From: Frankiaceae bacterium
Lineage (GTDB): Bacteria; Actinomycetota; Actinomycetes; BP-191
Direction of reading: 5' to 3'
DNA length: 64,000 bases
Assembly: GCA_035940575.1 (NCBI GenBank)
Contig: DASZER010000046.1
Location: forward strand, 3,439 to 67,438
A model generated the notes under the pieces. It saw only the letters and a program-made list of their open reading frames with translations. It had not been told where the DNA came from and ran no database searches. The translations under genes were made by a program, and so were the position numbers. This document shows positions 9,415-17,834 of this stretch, piece by piece; within the stretch, counting starts at the first letter, position 1, and the number at the start of each line of letters is the position of its first letter.

Positions 9415-10568
9415 GCCCAGACGGGCTGGGGCTCGGCGCGGCGCTCGGCCAGCGGCACGGGCCCGTCGAACGTCCTGATGACCTCGTAGCGCGTGTTGCG
9501 CTCGACGGGCGTGAAGCCGGCGTCGCGGATGACGTCGAGCAGGTCCTCGCGGGTCATCTTGTCGGGCGTGCCGAAGCGGTCGGCGTCGTGGGTGATCTTG
9601 TACTCGACCACCGAGCCGTCGTGGTCGTCGGCGCCGAACGACAGCGACAGCGCCGCTGTCTGCAGGCCGTGCATGACCCAGAAGTTCTTGAGGTGCGGCA
9701 CGTTGTCGAACAGCAGCCGCGACACCGCGAACGTCTTGAGCACGTCCGCGCCCGTCGCCATCGTCGTGCGCGACTGCAGGCGGTTGCGCGGGTCGCCGTC
9801 GCGGTCGTGCTGGTAGCGCAGCGGGATGAAGACCGCGAAGCCGCCGGTCTCGTCCTGCAGCGAGCGCAGCCGCAGCACGTGGTCGACGCGGTGGCGCGGC
9901 TCCTCGATGTGGCCGTAGAGCATCGTCGCCGGCGTCCGCAGCCCCTTCTCGTGCGCGAGGCGGTGGATGCGCGACCAGTCCTCCCAGTGGGTGTCGTGGT
10001 CGACGATGTGCTGGCGCACCTCCCAGTCGAAGATCTCGGCACCGCCGCCGGTCAGCGACTCGAGGCCCGCGTCGATCAGCTCGTCCAGCACCTCCGAGGC
10101 GGACAGGCCCGACAGCTTCTCGAACCACTGGATCTCGGTCGCCGTGAAGCACTTCAACGACACGCCGGGCAGCGCCGCCTTGAGCTCGCGCAGGACGCGC
10201 GGGTAGTACCGCCACGGCAGCGTCGGGTGCAGGCCGTTGACGACGTGGAGCTCCGTGAGGCCCTCGCCCTCCATGGCCTTGGCGAGGCGTACGGCCTCCT
10301 CGACGCGCATCGTGTACGCGTCCTTCTCGCCGGGCTTGCGCTGGAACGAGCAGTACGCGCAGGACGCGACGCAGACGTTCGTGAGGTTCAGGTGGCGGTT
10401 GACGTTGAACATCACGCGGTCGCCGTTGAGCCTCGTCCGCACCTCGTGGGCGAGCGAGCCGAGCCACATCAGGTCGTCGGAGTCGTAGAGCGCGACGCCG
10501 TCCTCGTAGGTGAGCCGCTCACCCGAGCGGACCTTGTCCTCGAGCTCCCGCTTCAGTCCCGCGTCCAT
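9411..10568 (-). CDS. mqnE: radical SAM enzyme of the futalosine pathway, most likely aminofutalosine synthase MqnE (MqnC not excluded)
   Basis: 385 aa with radical SAM site NVCVASCAYCSF. Overall MqnE/MqnC-type layout. The neighbourhood (Lrp regulator plus UbiX/UbiA/UbiD-type genes) matches the Streptomyces mqn locus as I recall it. Confidence 0.7.
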   Translation of the reverse strand: MDAGLKRELEDKVRSGERLTYEDGVALYDSDDLMWLGSLAHEVRTRLNGDRVMFNVNRHLNLTNVCVASCAYCSFQRKPGEKDAYTMRVEEAVRLAKAMEGEGLTELHVVNGLHPTLPWRYYPRVLRELKAALPGVSLKCFTATEIQWFEKLSGLSASEVLDELIDAGLESLTGGGAEIFDWEVRQHIVDHDTHWEDWSRIHRLAHEKGLRTPATMLYGHIEEPRHRVDHVLRLRSLQDETGGFAVFIPLRYQHDRDGDPRNRLQSRTTMATGADVLKTFAVSRLLFDNVPHLKNFWVMHGLQTAALSLSFGADDHDGSVVEYKITHDADRFGTPDKMTREDLLDVIRDAGFTPVERNTRYEVIRTFDGPVPLAERRAEPQPVWA

Positions 10569-10608
10569 GACGCGAGCCTACGGCGCCCGCGCACCCGCCG
10601 CAGAACGC

Positions 10609-10653
10609 GGCAAAGCCCCGCGACTCCCCTCCTGCTCGTCGCGGGGCTTTGCC
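10609..10653 (-). terminator. stem-loop terminator after the surface-protein gene
   Basis: Perfect 16-bp stem ggcaaagccccgcgac / gtcgcggggctttgcc with a 13-nt loop, 17 nt past the stop at 10670. Confidence 0.6.
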
Positions 10654-10669
10654 GAAGTGCCGTGCTGCC

Positions 10670-12376
10670 TTACGCCTCCGAGCGCGTCATGCGGCGCGCG
10701 CCGAACGCGAGGGCCGTACCGATCACCGCGACGATGCCCAGGCCGGCCGGGACACCGGTCGCGGGGTGCGAGCCCGGGGTCGTCGGGGTCACGCCGGTCG
10801 TCGAGGCCGGGCGGAACTTCGCGGACTCGCCGAGCTCGCCGACCTTGAGCGACAGCGGGGCCGTCTTGAAGCCGGTCGCCGTGGGCAGGATCGCCGGGAG
10901 CGACGCCGCGTCGGTCAGCGCGAACTGCGTCGGGATCGTCGCCGAGCCGAGCTCCACCTGGAGCGCGGTGACGAGCGCCTTGGCGGTGCCGAACGCGCCC
11001 TCGGTGCCGGTGGACGTGGACTTCACCAGGAGCTTCACGCTCGGCGCGGGAACGGTCAGGCCGGTCGCCGTGGCGAGCACGGACGACAGCGCCTGGGTCG
11101 CGCCGGCGATCGTGGTGTTGACCTGCGAGGCGACGGTGCCCGCGAGACCCGCGACGTCCAGCTTCGTGTTGTTGGTCACGGTCTGGAGCACGTCCTGGCC
11201 GAGCACCTTCACGCCGCTGACGTAGCCGGTGACGTTCGCCGACTTCGTGGCGCCGGCGAGGGCACTGGTGCCCACCTGCGCCGCACCGATCTCGACGAGC
11301 GGGATGTCGGCGAGGACGCCGTCCACCAGCTCCGCGAGGTCGTCGATGAGCGGCTGGATCGCCGCGAGCGCCGTGGCGAGCGCGCCGGTGGCGGTGCCGT
11401 ACGCGGCCTTGGCGGCGACGTACGCGCTGAGCGGGTCGTCGATCGTGTCGAGCGCGTCCGCGGTCTTGAGCGCCTCCTGCACGGCCACGCCCGCGGGGGT
11501 CGCGCTGAGCGAGTCCCACTCGGAGTGCGTGATCGGCAGGTCGATGCCCTCCGGCAGCGTCTCCACCGGGACGGTGAACGGCGCGAGCGCGGCGTCGAGC
11601 GCGGCGGCCTTGGACTGGAGGTCGGCGGCCTTGGCGGCGAAGTCCGCCGAGGCGGCCTCGTACGCGTCGTCCGCGGCCTCGATCTGCGTGTTGACCGCGG
11701 CGAGCGCCGTCTCCGCCATGGCGGGGACGTCGATCGGGAGCGAGTCCACGAGACCGTTCAGCGTGTCGATCGGGAGCTTGCCGAGGTCGATGCCGAGAGC
11801 GGCGAGCACGTCCGCGATGCTCGGCAGCGAGACGTTGGAGATCGTCAAGGTCTTGCCCGCCTGCGACTTCGCGGCCTCGGTGGCCGAGCCGACCTTGACG
11901 CTGCCGTCGAGGCCGAGCGGGAGGCCGAGGAGCGACGCCTGGCCGAGCGACGCGGAGAGCGACGACACCGGGCCCGCGGCGGACTTCGCGGCGGACAGCG
12001 TGGCCGTCGGGCTCGACGCGGAGAGCACGTTGAGCGGGAGCGCGCCACTGGTGACGCCGCCGACCGTCTTCGGGCTGTTCTGCGGCGTGACCGTGACCTC
12101 GCCCTTCTTCACGCCGTCGAGCGTGATCGGGACGAACGACACGGCAGGCGCGTCCTGAGACAGCGTCTGCGCGATGGCGGAGAGCGTGCCGACGGAGATG
12201 GTGTGTCCGTCGATCGTCTGGCCGGCGACCGCGAGGTCGCCGACGCTGATGGTTGCCAGCGTCGCGCTGGACACGGCGCTTCCCGCAGCGGCTACGCCGG
12301 TGGCGGCGGAAGCGGCGGAGACGGGAAGTACGGTGCCCAGCGCGAGAGCGACGAGTACCGGGCGGTGCAGACGCAT
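10670..12376 (-). CDS. Ala/Thr/Ser-rich cell-surface protein with C-terminal sorting-signal-like tail (HPATG + TM + RRMTR)
   Basis: 568 aa with signal peptide MRLHRPVLVALALGTVLPVSAASA. C-terminus is ...GSHPATGVPAGLGIVAVIGTALAFGARRMTRSEA. Same architecture as 57752..59176. Confidence 0.7.
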   Translation of the reverse strand: MRLHRPVLVALALGTVLPVSAASAATGVAAAGSAVSSATLATISVGDLAVAGQTIDGHTISVGTLSAIAQTLSQDAPAVSFVPITLDGVKKGEVTVTPQNSPKTVGGVTSGALPLNVLSASSPTATLSAAKSAAGPVSSLSASLGQASLLGLPLGLDGSVKVGSATEAAKSQAGKTLTISNVSLPSIADVLAALGIDLGKLPIDTLNGLVDSLPIDVPAMAETALAAVNTQIEAADDAYEAASADFAAKAADLQSKAAALDAALAPFTVPVETLPEGIDLPITHSEWDSLSATPAGVAVQEALKTADALDTIDDPLSAYVAAKAAYGTATGALATALAAIQPLIDDLAELVDGVLADIPLVEIGAAQVGTSALAGATKSANVTGYVSGVKVLGQDVLQTVTNNTKLDVAGLAGTVASQVNTTIAGATQALSSVLATATGLTVPAPSVKLLVKSTSTGTEGAFGTAKALVTALQVELGSATIPTQFALTDAASLPAILPTATGFKTAPLSLKVGELGESAKFRPASTTGVTPTTPGSHPATGVPAGLGIVAVIGTALAFGARRMTRSEA

Positions 12377-12475
12377 GATGCGCCCCCTGTCACGAGACCG
12401 AGTGATTGATGCGACTCGGGCAAGACTTCGCGATCTGCCCGTTTTGGTCCATGACGAGATGGGGCTATTTCCTGC

Positions 12476-12937
12476 CTAGTCCTCGACGCGGACCCGGCCC
12501 TCCCAGCGGGTGGAGAGGACCACGGTGGTCCGCGTGCGGGCGACCCCGGGGATGCGCCGGAGCACGGCGAGCGTCTGCTCGAGCGTCTCCACGTCGGGCA
12601 CGCGGACCTTCACGACGAACGCCTCGTCGCCCGCCACGAACCAGCAGTCCTCGATCTCGGGGACGTCCGCGAGCCGCGTCGCGACGTCGTCCTGCTCGGC
12701 GTCGTCGCGCTGGTAGATGCCGACCAGGGCGCTGACGCCGAGGCCGAGCGCGACCGGCGCGACGGCCGCGTGGTAGCCGGTCACGATGCCCGCCGACTCC
12801 AGGCGGCGTACGCGGTCGTGCACGGCCGGCGCGGACAGCCCGACGACGCGGGCGAGCTCGGCGTACGTCGCGCGGGCGTTGGCGCGCAGGGCCGCGAGAA
12901 GCGACCTGTCGACGGAGTCGACGTTCGGCTTCGGCAT
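12476..12937 (-). CDS. Lrp/AsnC family transcriptional regulator
   Basis: 153 aa. HTH region LDRSLLAALRANARATYAELARVVGLSAPAVHDRVRRLESAGIV followed by an AsnC-type ligand domain. Confidence 0.85.
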   Translation of the reverse strand: MPKPNVDSVDRSLLAALRANARATYAELARVVGLSAPAVHDRVRRLESAGIVTGYHAAVAPVALGLGVSALVGIYQRDDAEQDDVATRLADVPEIEDCWFVAGDEAFVVKVRVPDVETLEQTLAVLRRIPGVARTRTTVVLSTRWEGRVRVED

Positions 12938-13016
12938 GGGAATACCTTTGCTCCGTAGGCGTTACAGGTGCTAGAGTTTCGATCTGTAAGGCAGGAACGT
13001 CAAGGAGGGGAACAAG

Positions 13017-13151
13017 ATGAGCGTCTACTCGGAGCTGTTCGAGGCGCGGTTCAACGAGGTCCGTCACGACTTCCAGGTGGCGAACGAGGGCCGCGGCTAC
13101 GCCAGGCCGTCCGCGCTGCGCACGCTGATCCGCCGCATCGCCTCCCGCTAG
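13017..13151 (+). CDS. 44-aa small protein (too short for the ORF track)
   Basis: ATG is preceded by AAGGAGGGG at 7-nt spacing. Product MSVYSELFEARFNEVRHDFQVANEGRGYARPSALRTLIRRIASR. 42 of 43 codons after the ATG end in G/C. The overlapping track ORF 12968..13420 is Arg/Gly junk. Confidence 0.55.
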   Translation: MSVYSELFEARFNEVRHDFQVANEGRGYARPSALRTLIRRIASR

Positions 13152-13455
13152 GAGGCTTCTGCGAAGCCCAGCCCGTCGCGAGCCGAGGGCCGCACGGCGA
13201 TCGGGCAAGGCCGCAGGGCGCCTGCGGGCTGGGTGATGCCCGCAGGCGAGGAGAGAACGCAGCCGGGCGTCGCGCGGGCTCGGCGCCGCAGGGCCGGGTC
13301 TCGCAGAGCCCTCCTGACCCGCAAGGGCCGCGGGGGCGGCGCCGGGGGGCGCCGCGTCCGGTTTGGTCGGTCGCGAGAACTTTCGTGCTGCCCGTCACCT
13401 CTGGGGCGGACCTTCGTTGAGGGGGACGAAGAGCCGTCCAGGCGAGGAGGACACC

Positions 13456-13644
13456 ATGGAGCGCGACCGCTTGATGACCCCCGGCGAGGTCGCGACGCTG
13501 TTCCGCGTCGACCCCAAGACCGTCACCCGCTGGGCCGTCGCGGGCCGCATCGGCAGCGTCCGTACGCCCGGTGGCCACCGCCGCTTCCGCGAGTCCGAGG
13601 TCCGCGCGCTCCTGCGCGGCGAGACCCGCGCCATCGCGGTCTAG
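13456..13644 (+). CDS. bldC: BldC-like small MerR/excisionase-type DNA-binding protein
   Basis: 62 aa MERDRLMTPGEVATLFRVDPKTVTRWAVAGRIGSVRTPGGHRRFRESEVRALL. It closely matches the Streptomyces BldC core (LLTPAEVATMFRVDPKTVTRWAKAGKL..IRTLGGHRRYREAEVRALL, from memory). GAGGAGG lies upstream of the ATG. Confidence 0.85.
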   Translation: MERDRLMTPGEVATLFRVDPKTVTRWAVAGRIGSVRTPGGHRRFRESEVRALLRGETRAIAV

Positions 13645-14264
13645 CCCTCCGAACGTTCGCGACGGGCGGCACCGAGGTCGCCCGTCCACCGCCGGTAGAG
13701 GTCGTGCTCCACGCCCAGCGCGTCGAGCACCCTCCCGGCCACGAAGTCCACGAGCTCCTGGACGGTCGAGGTCCCCGCGTAGAACGCCGGGCTCGCCGGC
13801 AGCACCACGGCCCCCGCGTCGTGCAGGGCCAGCATCGCCACCAGGTGCCCGCGGTCGAGAGGCGTCTCCCGCGGCACCACGACGAGCCTCCGCCGCTCCT
13901 TCAACGTCACGTCGGCGGCCCGCTGCACGAGGTCCTTCGACAGCCCTCCCGCGATGCCCGCGACGGCCGCCGTGCTGGCGGGGACGACGGCCATCCCGCG
14001 CGTGACGTACGAGCCGCTGCTCGGACCCGCGCCGAGGTCGCCTGGCCCCCAGTGTCGCACGTCGCCCTCGACGCCGACCCAGGCGTGCAGCGACGCCGCG
14101 TCGTCGTGCCACTGGATGCCGGTCTCGTCCAGCAGCGTGAGCCGCGCGGCGCGCGACACGACGAGGTCGACCGCGTGCCCGCCCTCGACCAGCGCGCGGA
14201 CGACGGCGGCGGCGTACGGCGTGCCGCTCGCGCCGGTGACGCCGACGACGTACGGCGCCCTCAT
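13641..14264 (-). CDS. ubiX: flavin prenyltransferase UbiX family
   Basis: 207 aa MRAPYVVGVTGASGTPYAAAVVRAL...VVPASTAAVAGIAGGLSKDLVQRAADVTLKERRRLVVVPRETP. ATGA overlap with the upstream gene. Confidence 0.85.
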   Translation of the reverse strand: MRAPYVVGVTGASGTPYAAAVVRALVEGGHAVDLVVSRAARLTLLDETGIQWHDDAASLHAWVGVEGDVRHWGPGDLGAGPSSGSYVTRGMAVVPASTAAVAGIAGGLSKDLVQRAADVTLKERRRLVVVPRETPLDRGHLVAMLALHDAGAVVLPASPAFYAGTSTVQELVDFVAGRVLDALGVEHDLYRRWTGDLGAARRERSEG

Positions 14265-15142
14265 GCCGCGCGGTCCAGCAGCGCGAACGCGAACAGGCCG
14301 ATGCCGACGTAGCCGTTGACGGTGAAGAACGCGCGGTTGACGCGCGACAGGTCGCCGGGCTTCACGATCGCGTGCTCGTACGCCAGCGCCCCGGCCGTCA
14401 GCGCGACGCCCGCCCACCACGCCCACCCGAGGCCCGCGTCGAGCCCGAACGCCACCAGCAGCGCCAGCGTCACGACGTGCGTCGCGACGGAGACGCGCAG
14501 CGCGGTCGCGACGCCGAAGCGGGCTGGCAGCGAGTGGACGCCGTTCGCGCGGTCGCTGTCGACGTCCTGGCAGGCGTAGACGAGGTCGAAGCCGGCGATC
14601 CAGGTGCCGACCGCGAGCCCGAGCCACAGCGCGGGCCGCGCGCCGTCGAACGTCTTCGACATCGCCACCCACGCGCCGACGGGCGCGATCGCCTGCGCGA
14701 GGCCGAGGACGTAGTGGCAGAGCCAGGTGAACCGCTTGGCGTACGGGTACAGCGTGAGCGGCGCGAGGGCGACCGGCGCGAGCGCGAGGCAGAGCGGGTC
14801 GAGCGCGAGCGCGGCGAGCAGGAAGATGGCGAGCGCGACGGCCATGCCGCCGTACGCCACCGAGACCGGCAGCGCGCCGGTCACGAGCTCGCGGCTCGCG
14901 GTGCGGGGGTTGCGCGCGTCGATCTCGCGGTCGATCACGCGGTTGGCCGCCATCGCGAACGTGCGCGCGGCCACCATCGCGACGGTGACGAGGAGCACGT
15001 CGAGCCAGTCGACGTCGGCGACGGCGGTCAGCGCGGCGATGTAGGCGAACGGCAGCGCGAACACCGAGTGCTCGATGACGACGAGCCGCAGGAAGCCCTT
15101 CACGCGCCCCTGGTGGACGACCGGCTCGGCGACGGTGCTCAC
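14261..15142 (-). CDS. mqnP: UbiA-family aromatic prenyltransferase (MqnP-like)
   Basis: 293 aa polytopic protein. UbiA motifs are NRVIDREIDARNPRT and the second Asp-rich region YACQDVDSD. GTGA overlap with the UbiD gene. Confidence 0.75.
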   Translation of the reverse strand: MSTVAEPVVHQGRVKGFLRLVVIEHSVFALPFAYIAALTAVADVDWLDVLLVTVAMVAARTFAMAANRVIDREIDARNPRTASRELVTGALPVSVAYGGMAVALAIFLLAALALDPLCLALAPVALAPLTLYPYAKRFTWLCHYVLGLAQAIAPVGAWVAMSKTFDGARPALWLGLAVGTWIAGFDLVYACQDVDSDRANGVHSLPARFGVATALRVSVATHVVTLALLVAFGLDAGLGWAWWAGVALTAGALAYEHAIVKPGDLSRVNRAFFTVNGYVGIGLFAFALLDRAA

Positions 15143-16578
15143 AAGCCCAGCTCACCCCAGCGGCGCGTGACGCGCTCGACGACGGCCGGGTCCTGCTCGA
15201 TCTCCGGCGGCCAGCCGCCGGCGCGCGCGTAGCCCTCGGTGGGCAGCTTGCGGGTCGCGTCGATGCCGGCCTTGCCGCCCCAGAACTGCTGGTACGCCGC
15301 GTGGTCGAGGTGGTCGACGGGGCCCGTCGACAGCAGCAGGTCGTGGGCGTAGTCGACGTTGCCGAACGCCCGCCACGCGACCTCGGAGTAGTCGTGCACG
15401 TCGCAGTCGGCGTCGACCACGACGACGAGCTTCGTCAGGGAGAGCAGGCCCGCGCCCCAGATCGCGTTCATCACCTTCTGCGCCTGCTTCGGGTAGCGCT
15501 TCTCGACCGAGACGATCGCGCAGTTGTGGAACACGCCCTCGACCGGCAGGTCGTAGTCGACGATCTCGGGCACCGTCATCTGGATCAGCGGTAGGAAGAT
15601 GCGCTCGGTCGCCTTGCCGAGCCACTCGTCCTCCTGCGGGGGACGCCCGACGACGATCGTCTGGAACACCGGGTCGCGCCGCATCGTCATCACGTCGACC
15701 GTCAGCGCGGGGAACGGCTCGACCGGCGTGTAGAAGCCGGTGTGGTCGCCGAACGGCCCCTCCGGCAGCCGTACCCCCGGCTCGAGCCAGCCCTCGAGGA
15801 CGATCTGCGCGTCGGCGGGGACCTGCAACGGCACCGAGAGGCAGTCGACCAGCTCGATCCGCTCGCCCTTGAGGAACCCGGCGAACAGGTACTCGTCGAT
15901 GCCCGGCAACGGCGCGCTGGCCGAGTAGGTCACGACCGGCTCGCAGCCGAACGCGATCGCGACCGGCAGCCGCTCGCCGCGCCGCTCGGCGACGGCGTGG
16001 TGGGCGTTGGAGTCCTTGTGGATCTGCCAGTGCATGCCCACCGTGCGCTTGTCGTGGCGCTGGAGCCGGTACATGCCGAGGTTGCGCGTGCCCTCGGTGG
16101 GGTGGCGCGTGTGGGTGAGGCCGAGGTTCAGGAACGCGCCGCCGTCGAGCGGCCACGTGTGCAGCGCGGGGAGGTCGTAGAGGTCGATCTCGTCACCGCG
16201 ACGGACGACCTCCTGGCACGGCGCGGTCTTGACCTTCTTCGGCGGGACCGAACGCAGCGAGAGCAGCTTGCCGAGGGACTCCCTGATGCCGGAGAGGCCG
16301 ACCGGCAGCTCGGGCCGCACGAGGTCGCGGATGCGGTCGCCGATGTCGTCCAGCCGCGCGACGCCGAGCGCGGCGGCCATGCGGCGCTCGGTCCCGAAGA
16401 CGTTGATGGCCAGGGGCATCGAGGAGCCGGTGACGTTCTCGAACAGCAGCGCCGGGCCGCCCGCGCGGGTCACGCGCTGGACGATCTCGGTCACCTCGAG
16501 GTGCGGGTCGACCGGCGCCTTGACCCGCTTGAGGTCGCCGTCCTTCTCGAGACGGCGGAGGAACGCGTCGAGGCTCAC
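15139..16578 (-). CDS. ubiD: UbiD-family (prFMN-dependent) decarboxylase
   Basis: 479 aa starting from GTG 16578 (VSLDAFLRRLEKDGDLKRVKAPVDPHLEVTEIVQRV...). Full-length UbiD-like. The upstream part of ORF 15139..16974 is Arg-rich shadow. Confidence 0.85.
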   Translation of the reverse strand: MSLDAFLRRLEKDGDLKRVKAPVDPHLEVTEIVQRVTRAGGPALLFENVTGSSMPLAINVFGTERRMAAALGVARLDDIGDRIRDLVRPELPVGLSGIRESLGKLLSLRSVPPKKVKTAPCQEVVRRGDEIDLYDLPALHTWPLDGGAFLNLGLTHTRHPTEGTRNLGMYRLQRHDKRTVGMHWQIHKDSNAHHAVAERRGERLPVAIAFGCEPVVTYSASAPLPGIDEYLFAGFLKGERIELVDCLSVPLQVPADAQIVLEGWLEPGVRLPEGPFGDHTGFYTPVEPFPALTVDVMTMRRDPVFQTIVVGRPPQEDEWLGKATERIFLPLIQMTVPEIVDYDLPVEGVFHNCAIVSVEKRYPKQAQKVMNAIWGAGLLSLTKLVVVVDADCDVHDYSEVAWRAFGNVDYAHDLLLSTGPVDHLDHAAYQQFWGGKAGIDATRKLPTEGYARAGGWPPEIEQDPAVVERVTRRWGELGL

Positions 16579-17108
16579 TGCCCCACCCTGCCGTCGATCG
16601 CCTGGCGCAGCAGGTCGGCGTGGCCCATGTGCCGCGCGTACTCCTCGATCATGTGCAGCATCACCCAGCGCAGGGAGACCCGCTTCTCCACGCCGACGAG
16701 GTCGAGGTCGTTGCGCTCGAAGAAGTCCTCGGCGTACGCCACCTCCTCGCGCCACGCGGCCCACGCCTCGTCCACGCCGTCGGCGCTCGCGCGGTCCCAG
16801 GCCGCGTCCACGTCGTCGTCGCGCTTGAACGGGCGCGGCGCGTCCTCGCCCGCGAGGCCGCGGCGGAACCATCCGCACTCCACGTCGGCCATGTGGCGTA
16901 CGAGGCCCAGCAGCGACATCGACGTCATCGGGACGGGGCGCGACGCGAGCTGCTCGGGTGTCAGCCCCTCGCACTTGAGGACGAGCGTCTCGCGCTGCCA
17001 GCGCAGGAAGCCGGCCAGCAGCTCGCGCTCGGTGCCGGCCCTCGGGACGTCCGTACGCGGGTCGTCGCCGGGGTCGACGAAGACGTCAGCGAACGGGGTC
17101 GTGCTCAG
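16575..17108 (-). CDS. DinB/DUF664-family protein, probable non-canonical CTG start
   Basis: Family region ERELLAGFLRWQRETLVLKCEGLTPEQL...SLLGLVRHMADVECGWF...HMIEEYARHMGHADLLRQ. There is no ATG/GTG/TTG between the far-upstream ATG 17378 and the internal MTSMS. CTG at 17108 overlaps the upstream stop as CTGA. Confidence 0.55.
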   Translation of the reverse strand: MSTTPFADVFVDPGDDPRTDVPRAGTERELLAGFLRWQRETLVLKCEGLTPEQLASRPVPMTSMSLLGLVRHMADVECGWFRRGLAGEDAPRPFKRDDDVDAAWDRASADGVDEAWAAWREEVAYAEDFFERNDLDLVGVEKRVSLRWVMLHMIEEYARHMGHADLLRQAIDGRVGQ

Positions 17109-17323
17109 TGCGCCTCGGCGCTCTCGGAGGCGCCGACCTGCTCGGTGGGGAACCGGTGCGGCGACGACTCGCGCGGCCCGTCGGAGAACGCCGCGAGGTA
17201 GTACGCCGCGATGCCCAGGATCAGCAGCGCGAGCGCGAGGTACCAGCGCGGCGCGGGGTTGTGGTCGACCTCGTCCCCGTCGCCGGTCGCGATCGGGTCG
17301 ATGAACAGCGGCCGCTCGGTCAC
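17105..17323 (-). CDS. 72-aa single-TM membrane protein
   Basis: MTERPLFIDPIATGDGDEVDHNPAPRWYLALALLILGIAAYYLAAFSDG... ATGA overlap with the CcoO-like gene. Confidence 0.55.
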   Translation of the reverse strand: MTERPLFIDPIATGDGDEVDHNPAPRWYLALALLILGIAAYYLAAFSDGPRESSPHRFPTEQVGASESAEAH

Positions 17324-17832
17324 TCGGACTCCTCGCAGGTGTGCTCGACGAGGAACGCCGCGAGCCGTTCGAGGTCACGGTGCACGAGGTGGCGGTACGA
17401 CGGCATCGTCGAGCCGGGATGCGCGGCGGCCGGGTCCTTGAGGTACTCGACCATCGCCGCGACCTTCTGCTCCTTGGTCGCGCCGTCCTCCGCGCCGGGC
17501 ACGCGGTCGCCGGCGCAGGCGAGGTCGGGGCCGTAGCGCGCCTGGCCCTGCAGGCCCGGCACGTCGTTGAGACCCTCGCCCGCGCTGCTCGGGCCCGCGG
17601 CGAGGTCGGCGTCGGTGAAGGCGTCGCGCACCTGGCGGGTGTGGCAGTAGACGCAGCCGTTGGAGCCGTAGAGGCCGCGGCCCTTCGCGCCCGCGACGCT
17701 GTGCTCGCGCGTCGCGTCGGTACGGGTCGTGGTGACGTCGGCCGTGGCGGGCGCGACGACCGTGGCGCCGTAGCCGAGGGCCACGAGCAGCGCGGGCCCG
17801 GCGAGCACGGGGAGCAGCGTCATGCGGCGCAT
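17320..17832 (-). CDS. CcoO/FixO-type monoheme cytochrome c (cbb3 oxidase subunit II-like)
   Basis: 170 aa with N-terminal TM MRRMTLLPVLAGPALLVALGYG. Heme site GRGLYGSNGCVYCHTRQVRD compares with canonical G.xxYxxEGCxxCHSQxxR. Distal region RYGPDLACAGDR...HPGSTMPSYRHL compares with GPDL...MPxY. Confidence 0.75.
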   Translation of the reverse strand: MRRMTLLPVLAGPALLVALGYGATVVAPATADVTTTRTDATREHSVAGAKGRGLYGSNGCVYCHTRQVRDAFTDADLAAGPSSAGEGLNDVPGLQGQARYGPDLACAGDRVPGAEDGATKEQKVAAMVEYLKDPAAAHPGSTMPSYRHLVHRDLERLAAFLVEHTCEESE

Positions 17833-17834
17833 CG

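Noticed and set aside
6154-10467. ORFs 6154..7956 (-) of 600 aa and 8338..10467 (-) of 709 aa
   Set aside because: They have Arg-rich nonsense composition. They overlap the cyclase, secreted-protein and MqnE frames, which all have clear family motifs.
13204-13218. 15-mer ggcaaggccgcaggg shared with 39498..39512 (possible REP element)
   Set aside because: At this base composition, a rough estimate gives tens of chance 15-mer matches in 64 kb on both strands. The flanks do not align, so it is not evidence for a repeat family.
12968-13420. 150-aa plus-strand ORF between lrp and bldC
   Set aside because: Its sequence is Arg/Gly/Pro-rich with no features. The 44-aa ORF in another frame, with a strong RBS and G/C-rich third positions, and the untranslated bldC leader explain this region better.
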